Assembly (NCBI RefSeq): GCF_009914755.1
Contig: NC_060934.1
Reading direction: 5' to 3' (one strand)
Length of the DNA: 64,000 nt
Source of the DNA: the human T2T-CHM13v2.0 reference genome, Homo sapiens
Position 1 is the stretch's first letter; each line of letters begins with the position of its first letter. Made by a program: the position numbers and the translations under genes. Below, in pieces: positions 28,621-43,312 of the stretch. A model generated the notes under the pieces. It was not told where the DNA came from, searched no databases, and was given only the letters and a program-made list of their open reading frames with translations.

Positions 28621-31600
28621 TAGTTACTGTTTTTAACTGCGACTTCTAGTATTGGTTGTGTATGAAGTTACTGATATAAATAAATTTTATGCTTACTGAT
28701 CTTTCAAAAGACCTTTTTAGTACAAACTTCTGGGGAATGTTTATATATGGTACCTACTCTTTACCAGTCAAGAGTAGAAATCTGTAAAATACAGTTTTCT
28801 ACAGGCATTCATTCCTTATTATGACTTCAAAACCATGCTCTACTTCTCTGTTGAGGAAATAATGCAATTACAAAAGCAGAATGTATTTGGAGAATTCATT
28901 TGCTAATGAGTATTAGTAGTTCTTTATATTTCTAAAGAGCTTTATAGGAATTAAGGGCCACATGCTATTTCAATAGACAGAAGCTTCCTATACTCTAAAA
29001 ATTCTCTGAACTATAAAACTACAAGAATAAGTACACCGTAACACATTCTTTCTAATGCAGAGAGAAAAGATACATTTCCCAACTGAACATAACCATTTGT
29101 CTCAATGGTTTTGGTATCATGACAAATGTATTTATGTGCAAGAAAATATAAATGTATTCTTCATGAAGTGTGTTCACTGCTTCTAGGATCCAAATGGGAA
29201 GCAGAGCATTTGCTCCATCTTAAATCTTGCTAGAATCTGAACAGTTTTAGAAATGTGCTTTGGCTTCTTGTTTAAAATACTTCTCATGCACAAGCAGTAA
29301 TAGAAAATGGCTCAGAACATAAAAAGATTGCAATTTCCCAGATGAACACAAAATGGTAACTTTTTGACCAGTCAACATTGGTCTGAAACCCCATGAACTA
29401 GCTGACAAATGTAATGTTTGGGAGCTCTTAATTACCCATGCTAACAGAAGGTCATGGCAGCTAGAATAACCCCCAAGAGCAAACACCTCACCTCCATTGC
29501 ACCAAATTTTGGCATTCACTATGTAACCCACCTGCTTTTAGCAATAAATCTCATTTCCTACTTAGTGAAATCAAAATTTTAAAATTGAATTGGATGTTGA
29601 ACATCATTCAATGCAGTCTTTATTTTCCCAGTGAGGAGCCTTCAGATCTCAGCAACAGTGATAAATAGAACCTGGGTTTTCTGATCTCCAGTTTAAAAAG
29701 ATTTCTACTCTGTTTTAGATAGGCATCATGAGGTCAAGGAAGAAATTGTGTATTTTGAGGATAAAATATCCAGGAAAAAGAGAATCCAAATGACCAGTGA
29801 GGAGAAAATAGAAGAGAAAGTTACATAGAATGGGTTTTCAGTGAAATTTGAAGTGTAAAGGCATGCACAGTGTACAGTGCAAGTAGCTATAGACCAAGCA
29901 TGTTGCAATGCTAAGTACTAGGTGTGTTCTCTGTAAAAGCAACAATAATTTTCATTCTCTACCTTTCTTGGGAGGGTAATTGGAGATTTAACTCAGATAC
30001 CACAGGTATTTTTAAATAGCCATAGTCCAAACATAGCAACAAAAAGCTAACTTTATCCAACTTCAGTTTAATTAAAAGCATGTACCAGATAAGATTTATT
30101 GTGATAGTTAATATTGCATATGCATAAAGTCACTGGCACAGAAACATCTAACGTATGTATAGCAAAGGAAAAAGGCAAAGAGCTCAACTTCATCTCTTTT
30201 ATCGTTTTTTCAGGAGAAATATCTCATGCGTTACCATGTTTGGAATATTTCCTAGCATGTGCAAAAAGCAAGGAATAAACAATAATTCAATGTGCCTAAT
30301 GGCATAAAATAAAAGGATTATTCACAAACAGAAAACTGGACTTTTGAGCAGATGTTTATTTAAATACAAACAGCAACTCCTACTTTTCCTGTTATCTCCA
30401 ATTATGTGATGCAACATTTTTAGCAGAAGAAGTGCTTTTTAAAAACAGCCTTCCAGGGAGTGAATAAACAATACTATATTTGGCTAGCAGCTGCTTTTGG
30501 AAAATGAGATGTCAGCAAAGCTGAATATTGTTTAAAGAAAACTAATTATCCAGCTACCTTTGACTTGGATCAGAGTAAATAAAGCACTTCCTGATTTGCA
30601 CTGAAATGTTTTGTCTAGAATTTAAATATTAGGTATTAGTCAGATACTTCTCTTCTTCCTTCGCTTGCCTTGTGGACCCAATGGATTTAAATAAGTACCC
30701 TTTGTGTTTGGTTGTGCTGCCAGTACCCCTTTATGTTTTCTGGAGTGCCTAGCATTTGTTGCTTCTTTTCTTATTTGCCATCCACTAGTTATTGTGTTAG
30801 GTGTAAAGCAGTGTGTTTATGGTTACATTAAAATCTAGGTAATCTATGATAATATAGGATGGTTGCATTTGTATACATTTAATTATGCAAATGTAAAATA
30901 TATATTTTATGAGTAATTTTTAAATTCTATTTAAAAATTATGTGTAGAATTTGAATGAATGTAAATACCCTCCATTTTTGAAAATTCATTTCAAGGTTAG
31001 CAAGCCAAAGAAGCTGCAAACTGGTTTATACTATTGCCACATGGCACTTTGGCCAGTAAAGAGAAATTCCTGCAGCCCTTTTTCAGGGTTGCATGCATCA
31101 GCCTGCAGTGTCCTTGGATCACAGCTCCTGCAAGTACCTGTGGTGATACCTTTCTACTTGTTTTAACATTTACTATAATTTGAAATACTTTTATATTCTA
31201 AAGCAATCTCACCTGAGCACTCATTAAGTGCGGGTGACATAGTGGGCCTGAGAATTAGGAAATTTTGAAGAACTTGAGATGTTATTTTAATGTCACAAAG
31301 AAGGCCAAACAACTTCCATAGTACATTTTACAGTGAGCAATTCATACAACAGTATACAACAGTGATGATCTTGAGAAAAATAAAAAGCTGCATTAAAATA
31401 CACATATACAATAGTTACAGATTTCAAGGAAGTGTCTCCCTACTTAATACTTTACTGTAGAAAAATTTGTGTTGAATTGTGCAAGTTTTTCAAGAATATA
31501 TTCTCTCTATAAAATCTGGTATATGATATTCATGTAAGGAGTGTTAATAGAAAACAATTCTAAGACAAGCAGAAATTTAATGGTTCTATAAATGTTTGTT

Positions 31601-31871
31601 CATCCAATGAATATTGAGCACCTATTATGAGTCAGATACTGTGCTAGGACATGAGGACATATTAATAGTTTTGAACTTAATAGGTTTATACTTCTTTACC
31701 TCCATTCATGAGAGATTATATGCAAGTGAATACATGTAACAGGATCTTAGAATGGAACTCTTCCTGCCTCAGTTTTGACTAAAGACAATAAGGTAATTTC
31801 CAGAATTCCATATCTGATATACATATTTATAAGGAAATGGCTCTAAGAACCTGTCCCACTACTTGTAGGTT

Positions 31872-32042
31872 CAGGATAAGCTACATAATTTGTGGGGCCC
31901 AGTGCAAAATGAAAGTGCAGGGCCTCTTGTTAAAAAACTATTAAATTCCAGATAGCAACAGCTGAGCATTAAACCAAGCATAGGGCCCTTCTAAGTGCCC
32001 TGTGTGACTGCACAGGTCAGACATCCATGAAGTGTCACCCTG
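31872..32042 (+). mobile_element. MER45A-like hAT-Tip100 MITE
   Basis: CTACATAATTTGTGGGGCCCAGTGCAAAATGAAA...GACTGCACAGGTC...CCCTG. Confidence 0.78.
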
Positions 32043-32519
32043 CTTGGATCCTTCAGCCAAAGAAAGAAAATGAAAAGGGCATAGAGTGAAGAAGGGAGAT
32101 TTGGGGGAGGGTGATTTTTGGAAGCTGTTACATGCTTTTAGAATGCTGCCATCTAACACATGCTCAATGGAGAGGGCTTCAAAGGGACCTCTTGAGGAGC
32201 TCTGAAACATGCCTGTTTGAAGTCTCATTTACGCTCAGACTCGCCTGGGGTGTAAAGCCTACCCAAACGATCTACAGGACTGTCAGGAGAATGCCACTGT
32301 GGTAGAATGCCACTGCTCGCCTAGAGGTGATGGGGGCAGGGGTTAATTGCCTAACCATGTTGGGGCCAAGAGGGAGAGAGAGTTGGAAAGGGGAAGTCTT
32401 GGGCCAGTATGCCCTTGGCAATTGCATCAAGTCCTGCCTCCAAAACAAAGATAATAGAGTCTCTTCCTACCATTTAGAGCAGCCAGGCCCGCATCACTCA
32501 TACTCCTCCAAGCTCCTTT

Positions 32520-33860
32520 GTAAAATTAAAATTTAATGTATTATGAAATATTTTAAATGCAACATTATCAATAACTATACAGTGACCTCATGTATCCATC
32601 ACTCAGTTTCATTATTATTACATTTGAAACCCTCAATGTCTCTCTCCCTGATTACATGCCCCTTTTGCCCTTAAAATAAAGATTGATTTCTTTATTCTTT
32701 TTCAGCTTTTACAATCTATCTAGCTATCTGTCATCATCATATTGCATATAAAGGGTATTACACTACACATTTTGAAATTTATTTGTCTGGCTCTGCTTTG
32801 TGAGAGTTCTCCATGTTGATAAATGTAGCTATAGTTCATTTGCTTTCACTGCTCTAGGGTATTTCACTGTGTGACTCTACCACAATTCATTGATCTATTC
32901 TGTCGATAGACACTTGTTTCTCATGTTTTGCTTTTAAGAACAATGAGGCTATAAGTTCTAGTGTATATGTCTCCATTTTCTTGGGCAAGGTTGTGTTTGT
33001 TTCCTTTGCAGATCAACTCCTTGCCCTTATGCTGCTCTGCTCTGTATCTCGGGACCAGACCCACATGGGTTGCATTTCCCAGGCCCCTGTATCTACCCGG
33101 CTTGTTTTTCAGTTTAGGCACTGGTGGGAGAGGGGAGAGAGAAGCCAGAGTGCTTGGCTCCGTATCTGCCAGTCTCAGATGGCCTCATTCTGCACATCTA
33201 GCACCCACTGGACAGACCCACCCCAGTTCTATCCTTCTCTCAGAAAAGCCAGTTAACTCCTGGTGGGGCTACCCTTTTGTCTTAGACTGGGGTGCCAGAG
33301 GTTTCCTGAAGTTGCTCACTCCTGGTTGCCTCGCTGACTACTCTTTGACTTAACTCTTTCAATTCCCAGATAACCTATTCTGTGGATTAAACCCCTTCTG
33401 TTTCAATACTTGGAATGATTTTTTGTTTTCATGGTTGTAGGTATGGTTGTATACATCTTCAACTCCAAATGACTCTCCACACATGCTGATTTAGACCTCT
33501 GCCTGCAGTGTGTAAGAGTTCTCGTTGTTATAATCTTCACCAATATTAGGTATTACCACACTTTTTAGGTTTTACTAATCTGACTGGCCTGAAGCAATAT
33601 TTCACTGAAGTTTTCATTTCATTTCCTTTATATATTATTGACCATTCAGGTTTTCCCTTTGGTCAATTGCATGTTTGCCCATATTTTGATTGTTTGGTTC
33701 TTACTGACTTACAGGAGTCACTTATATCTACAAGCAAATCTTTTGTTATATGTGTGGCAAATATCTTCTCCCATTCTTGGTCTTGTCTTGCCATTTTTCA
33801 GTGATATCTTTTCACAGACAGAAGTTTCTAATTTTAGTGTGGTTCTCAAATACTTTTAAT
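32520..33860 (-). mobile_element. Old L1ME-type fragments with a nested LTR33-like ERVL LTR (about 32985-33440)
   Basis: GTAGCTATAGTTCATT and GCAAATATCTTCTCCC L1 motifs; TGCTCTGCTCTGT...TGCATTTCCCAGGCCCC LTR33-like motif. Confidence 0.55.
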
Positions 33861-35284
33861 GTTTCCCTGAGTGGTGCAGAAGATTGCTGATGAGACAGGA
33901 CCCTCCAATCATGAGCTAACCTGTAAACCAGGCGTGTCTTATCTGTGTTGACAAGTCTTCTGCAACCCAATCCCCTGGACAGGGCATGTGCAGAGAAGTG
34001 GTTCATAGCTGGCTAGCCAAGGAACACAGATGGCTGGACTCAAGAAACATCAGGCTCTATTTGCTGCAGATCCCAGCCAGGAGACTAGAGGAGGTGTGGC
34101 TTCACTAGGGGCAACTTCCAGGCTTTTCTAGCCTAACTGTACTCCAGGTTCAGCTGAACTCAAGCCTATAATGGGAACTTGTTTCTCTCCATTTTTACCG
34201 AGCCTGGTTTGGAAAGTTTATTGGATAGGGCAAGTCCCTGAAACGTAACCAGCTCCATGCAATGTGGCCAACTGGCAGCCAAGAGCCATGCTGAGTTGGA
34301 GCAGAGAATACACCGACACTGTATGGCCAGAGCCTAGTGCTGCCATGGGAAGCCTAGAGAGCTGAGCATGACTCCTCAGCAGGCTGAAGAATGAGCTTAG
34401 GACCTGCCTGATGCTTCCCTGGCTGCATAGGCTTGGACGTTCGTCTCTCCACTGGCAATGGCAGCCTCGAGTATAAACCCACTGCGAGGACTGACTCCCC
34501 AGAGCAAAGGTCAGGAGCTTGTGTAACGTGTATTTTAGAACAGTTATACTTGCATATGCTATTTTTAAAATTCAAAGAATATAACAAAAAGAACACAAAT
34601 TCTTAATTCTTCTCATCAGCTGGGTTCTCACCTCTCACTCCCCTCTCCAGCTCCTTAACATTTTCTTTATACAAACTCAAGCAAATTTGAATATATCTTG
34701 TTATACTTCCCAATTTTTATACAAAAATAACATACAGGCAGTTTTTAAAAAAACTACAGATTTAAGTGATGTTTAATTGATAGTTTTTAAACTCAGGTTT
34801 TAATTTTTAATTAGATATTTCCTGTGAATTGACTATCATTTGGATAATTTTTCCTTATCTCCTATGACAATTTTCAAGTTTTCTTTTAAGAGTCTGTGGT
34901 TAGTCACCAGTGCAAGACAAGTAAGTCTGGGGTGTCTTTGTTTTTATTATTTCAGAATCGGAAAAGTTTATATGTGTTTGGTAAAGAAAATTTGAAGAAA
35001 AGAGAAACCACAAAAAAGAGTAATCCTACTACTCAGAAATATGTAATGATGACTGTTATTGTGTTTAGGACTCTGGTACTGTATAATAGATATCTTGAAT
35101 GTCCCAATAAAACACAAACAAAAGTAACATTTACTTTAAACTGTAAAGTGGAGAAGCATTAATTTACCATGAAATCACAAATGTTCAAAATTTCCAAGTT
35201 CATGGGTGACAGCAATGAGATGTGTTTGTCGATGTGTATTAACTTGCTCTCTCTATATTTTATTTTTATCTATATATCCTCTTT

Positions 35285-35581
35285 ATTTTATTTTATTTTA
35301 TTTTTTTTTTTTTGAGACAGGGTCAGGCTCAGGCTGGAGTGCCGTGATGGCTCACTGCAGCCTCCATCTCCTGGGCTCAAGCTATCCTTCCTGCCTCAGC
35401 TTCCTAAGTAGTTGGGACTACTGGTGTGCACCACCATGCCCGGCTAATTTAAAAATTTTTTGAAGAGATGGTGGTCTCACTTTGTTGCCAAGGCTGGTCT
35501 CGAACTCCTGGGCTTAAGTGATCATCTCACCTCAGCCGCCCAAAGTTCTAAGATTACAAACAGGAGCCACTGTGCCCGGCC
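35285..35581 (-). mobile_element. AluJ-like SINE
   Basis: Antisense dimer with T-rich tail. Confidence 0.88.
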
Positions 35582-37601
35582 TTATTTTATTTTTAAAAGG
35601 AGTCTTAAATAGAGATACATGTTGATTATGTGCATAGTATAAGGAATTTCATCACCCCTCTATTCAGTGCAATGTACTTCAACAAGTATGTATTCATTAC
35701 GATTGTAATAGTAATTGTTTACATTGATATATAATACCATAGTTTACAAAAGTCATTTGCTTTTCTCAACATTCCTTTGAGGGAGGTAGTACTATTCTCA
35801 TCGGTTGGATGAAGAGACTGAGGGTAAGAGAGGTGTTAAGTGCCTTGAGGAGTTGGTGGTTTGGACTCCAAGTCTAATTTTCATTCCACTAGACCACGCT
35901 GGGAACAGAAGAAAGGAGAAATGCCCTACATTCCTAGGCCTCTTTAAGCTTACAATGTAGTTGATGAGACAAGTCTCAAAACCATTAGACACCCAGATAA
36001 AAATACTTAGCCTAATGGAGGAGAAGATGCCCGTCCTCATCAGTCCCTAAGCACTCTCCATTTTGCCAATTTGCACTGCTTCTCCCTGTTGCCTTTCTTG
36101 ATCTTTAAGCATATATGATACCTGCCCAGACCCTGAAGGCCTTTGAAGGAGAGCTCCTGATAAGATATGGGGAGGAATTTGGCTGAGTTCTGGTCCCAGG
36201 AGTTCTAAATTGCAGGCAAGGCAGAAGCTGTGCATTCTACCTGCGATGGAGACTTTTCACTGACAGGTGAGAGTTGCATCTTAATTGTGTTTTTCCTGTG
36301 GCTTAAAAATGTTTTTCACATATTCAATCATTCATTCCTTCATGTTTGATTTAAACAGGCATCCCTGAGGACCCAGTATGTCCCCTAGGGCACTGTGCTA
36401 GCCCTAGAGGGAGGCAAGACAAGTAAAGCATGGCTTATCTTCTTAAGGATCTCTATTTCCATGTCATTCTTCTGGTTACTCAGGCAACAGACTTCAAATA
36501 CAGCATTAGTAGATAATATGCAAGCCACACTTTCAACCTAGACACTGAGGGACAACTCTATAAAAGCATCACTTCAGTGTCACATAAGCCAAGAGTTTTT
36601 CATCTCTTTTTGAAACGACAATCACTCTTTTAAAGACAAAGTCTCTGTTCTGGGACCAGGATTTAAGGTCATGGTGTCGAACATGAGGTGCAAAAGACAA
36701 TCCACATAAGGTACACGAAGAAAATATTGTGTCTTCTTTAATCTTTCTTTTAATGTATCCTTTTAATATTTCTATTATTGGGAAGATGTTTTGTATCATG
36801 TGTAGTAAGTTAGTACAGTAGCATATACATATGCTTTATGAATAAATGAATATACATATATTGTGCTGTGTGCTCAATAGCATTTTATTGAGGAGGCGGG
36901 CACTCAAGAATTTGGAGTTTACTGCTCCAAAGCCACAGCTACACTGCCTCTTCTTTCCAAACAGCATATAAAACTCTGCTGAAAAGCTCATTTGGGAAGC
37001 TTTCCAAAGTCAGTGAGTTCAGATTTGGCCTGATGGCTGAGGAGATAATTAAATAAGGTTTCTAGAATGGTGAAGTTTGAATACAACATGGTAAAGTTCT
37101 GTAGACTGTGCCAAATCTTCTCTCTGACATAGACGAAGGATAGATTTCTTCTTACCTGGATATGCCCTTTCCGTCAGGATCCAGAGTTTTAAGAACTTAC
37201 TTTCTTTTCTTATTACTTGGAGAATCCATTTTATTTTTATTTTGTTGTTGGAGCTCTTCTCCACAGTTACTTCCCAGCCATTTTCCCAAATGCCAGACAT
37301 CATCACTGCTTCCTGTAGCCCTGTTCCTCTTCTAGCTGGAGTTGGAGGAGCATCAGTCGGGGTCCTGAGTTCCCCTCTCTTATACTGCCAGACATTTACA
37401 TTTGGCTTAAAATGTCCAATAGAGTCCCCCATTTGTCAATTCCAGAGAGCATTCTACCAACTTCACTGACAAGTGTAAGTTCTTCTCATTAACCTAATCT
37501 GTTCATTGAATATTCTTTACCTGCTTTCTTGCCCAGGAATCCTTTCTGCTGTGCAACTGTTGATGTCTGGACTGAATATTATTTTTCACTTTCATCTAAA
37601 G

Positions 37602-37810
37602 CAAGCTTGTCCAACCTGTGGCCCAGGATCGCTTTGAATGTAATCCAACACAAATTTGTAAACTTCCTTAAAACATTATGAGGTTTTTGTGGGATTTTTA
37701 TTATTATTTTTAGCTCATCAGCTGTTGTTAGTGTTAGTGTATTTTATGTGTAGACATAAAGACAATTCTTCCACTGTGGCCCAGGAAAGCCAAAAGACTG
37801 TACACCTCTG
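37602..37810. mobile_element. MER30 (hAT-Charlie MITE)
   Basis: TTTAGCTCATCAGCT...TAGTGTTAGTGTATTTTATGTG hallmark; 8-bp near-TSD ATCTAAAG/ATCTCCAG. Confidence 0.82.
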
Positions 37811-38427
37811 ATCTCCAGTGTTCTCTTGTCTTTTTCTTCATTCTGCCCCTCCCCACACCTCAGTGGAATAATCATTTATGGCTTCTGCAAAATGTAGATT
37901 GTGTTTAACTAAAAACAAAACAAAACAAATCTATGATAATTCAAAAAATACTTAGGTAGAGAAAGCGGATTGTCATGATCTGAACTGCAAGAAGGTCTTT
38001 AAAGACAGACTCTTCTTAATCTTCTTGATGTATCATCAGGCTCATAAAAATCTCAACTTCGTATGACTGTTCTAGGAAACCATCTTGTGCAATGCAAATG
38101 TTGTGTAATGCAGTGTAGTTGAAGTATCCCTTTCCTCCAGTTCAGGCCATTATGAAAGCCTTTGCTTGGAGTGTCTGTGTTTTGATACGAAATTTGGGAA
38201 ATTGCCTCATCTACATCAGAGATAAACTAGATGATCCTTGGAAACATCCACTCCTGGCTTTAGAGTGTTAAGAAGGTTGAATTTATCAAACCCAGGGCCT
38301 CCTGGGGACAAAGGTAGGCTGGCAAAATAGCTTTTGGATAGGTCATTCAGAGTGATTGTTTCTTCCAAAGCAAACGAGGAATTCCTGTCCTTGAAGCCCA
38401 AGCATAATGACATGTTAATAACATATA

Positions 38428-39148
<721 letters not shown>

Positions 39149-40933
39149 AGTGCCAGTATATGCACTCTTTTGCTCATGGAAAAATTTATTTCAAAGTCCC
39201 CCTTTACCAACCACTGAGAATCAATTGTGTATTCAGAGGTAGCTCTGGGATCACCACAAGCCTCTTCTAATAAGAGTTAATTGTCACAGAGTTGATTTGG
39301 GTTTTCAGATGATCGGCAAATCTCCATTGGAGGAAGGAGCAGGGGTGACCTCTCTGGAACTGTACAAACTGGTTCAGCCCGTCTCCTCGCCTGAGCCTGT
39401 GATTCAGTGCTCCCAAGTGTCTGAAAAGCCCATGTGCACTGCTTCTTATGTGATCAGGGGAAATTCTGGTCTTATCTTCACAAATAAAAATAATTATTTT
39501 GCTAAAATTGCCCACTTGTTATCTGGAAAGACAGCAGGAATCACTTAGCAGGAAGGGCCCTAGGAACACTGCCACAAATACAGGCCAATAAATGGGCAAA
39601 AGTAGGGAGACTTTCATCTTTTGGAGAAACTAATACATAGGGCATCAGCTGAGTTTCCATTTCAGTGCAACTTAAGCCTGAGTGATAAAAGCAGCAGTGT
39701 TCTGTGAACCTTATATTACATAACCCTCATGTGATTCAGGGCTGCTATTTATAGTTTTCCATTGTGTGGGACTCTAGACTGGGTTACAGGGATGCAGCTT
39801 CCTCTGGACTCGGTTACAAGGATGCAGGAGGAGATCAAAATGTCTCTGCAGTTGTACCCAGCTTCCAACTAGCTTAGGTCTTTCATGGCTGTTTCTGTTT
39901 TATTGTCCAACTTAAGTTTTGGCTTCTACTTTACCCTGTACTTGATTGTTCGTTCATTCATTCATTCATTCACCAAATACTTACTTAGTGCCTGCTAGGC
40001 ACTGAGAATAAACAGTTGAGTAAGTCACTCCTTGGATGGATGTAGGGAGTGGAAAACTGACTCCTAGAGCCCATCCAAGACCAATTAGAACTGTCTGGGT
40101 GGTGAGTTCTGGGCATAAGTGTAATTTAAAATCTCCCTAAGAATCCAATGCACCGCCAAGATGGAGAACCACTAGATTTGTAGATCCTGAAGCCAGAGGA
40201 GTGTATGAAATGTAATACTCCAGGGAGGAAGACTAGGAAGATAATCAAAGAGAAAGTGCTAAGTGGGTGTCAAAAAAACCGTAGAGGGAGGATTGAGAAG
40301 TTGCTTGATACAGAGAAAGAAGAATAATTTTGTTGTCAGATCAATATGTGGTGCAATTTCAACCTTTTTACTTTTTAGCTTTGTGTGATTCTGGAAAAGT
40401 CATTTAAACTCTGAGCCTTTGCTTTTTCATTTAAAAATGAGGATAATAAGAATCTTCATATCCTAGGATTGCTGTGAGCATCTAAGCAGAGTCTGGTGGG
40501 CAACAAATCTCAGTTGTTTTTGTTATTATTTGGAGTTCAGGAGGAGAGATCAAGAACAGAAAGGTGGACAATTTAAAGGTGATTTTGGGTCCTGCGGGAA
40601 AGTTGGGGAGAAGGCCATTATTATTATTTTTATCTTAAAACTAACACAAAAATATTGTTAATTAGAGTGCCAATTAAGATAAAAAGAAAACTTCATGTGT
40701 TTTTAAAAGGCTCCTTTTTTGGAGGACATGTCAGGGAGTGCTCAAACCTCCCTGGGGATCTTTCACTGTTTTCTGCTATTAGGCGAACCCTAGCAGGCAG
40801 GTGGAGAGCACAGCTTTGAGCATCATGAAAGGTCTCACCATTCTGATTGGGTGAAAGCAGCAGACCCTTTGTGGTTGAGCCATTCAGATACCATTCTTTC
40901 TGGGTATTTAACTAACCACTGTTAGCACTTTTT

Positions 40934-41254
<321 letters not shown>

Positions 41255-42317
41255 TGTTAGCACTTTTTTTAGTGATCGACTGTGCATACATAAGCAGAAA
41301 TGTATATTCAGTATATTCCTTTTTTTCACTTATAACACAGTCCTAAGCCCTGGTTTTTTTCTTTTTTACCTTGACAATATATCTTGGTGATTATTTATAT
41401 CAACCCATAAATAGCTTCTTCATTTTTTAAATAGCTACACAGTATTCTTTAACGTGGATGCATTATAATTTATTTAACCAATATTCTCTTTATGGGTATT
41501 TATGATGTTTTTAGCCTTTTGTTATTTCAAACGTTGCTGCAGTAATAGGCTGTGTACATATGTCATTTTGTACGTTTGAGAATCTTTTGAACTATAAATT
41601 CCTGGAGGTGTTAATAGCTGGGTCAAACGGTACATGCATTTACAGGTTGCTCTTCACAGAGGTTTCTGTTGTATCGGGCTCTAAACCTAATTCCCACTTC
41701 TACTGGCAATGTAAGAGAATGCCTGTTTTCCCGCGCTCTCTGCTACAAAGTTTGGTTTCCGCCAATGTGCTTCGTGCGAAATGATAACTCCCAGTAGTTG
41801 CAGTATGCATCTCTTTGATTGTGAGTGATGTTGAACTCCTTTTCATGTTTTAAGATCATTTGAGTTGTCTTTTCTGGCAAGAGTTGGTTCATATTCTTTG
41901 TCTAATTTCCAACTGAGTCATTGTTCCTTGTGGATTTTTAAGAATTCTTTATATGTTTAGGAAATTTAGCACTGTGTCTATTGCAAATATATTCTCCCTT
42001 TCAGTTCTGTCTTTTCTCTTTTGACTTTGATTGTTTTGCGGAGTTTTGTGGCTTCTGTGTTTTGTGTATGTTATAAATAAAAAGATATTATTCACTTTGA
42101 GATTATTAATTCTTTTTAAATTTTTTTAATTTTTAAAATAAATTAAAAAAATTTTGGGTCAGTTTAGCCAGAAGAGATTATTAAATAATTCTTTCTTGGT
42201 TTCTTATATCACTCATAACATGCTATTTTTTACATTAAAAGTTTTGCACCATTTGGAATTTGTCCTGGTATAAGGTGTGAGGTTTGGGTTCCAACTTTAT
42301 TTTTTTAAATTAATTAA

Positions 42318-43312
<995 letters not shown>

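Noticed and set aside
30878-30892. Octamer/homeobox-like TTTAATTATGCAAAT
   Set aside because: Single motif in very AT-rich DNA; insufficient support.
32961-33353. 130-aa ORF, the longest outside the CpG island
   Set aside because: Lies within an LTR33-like repeat; no domain or exon support.
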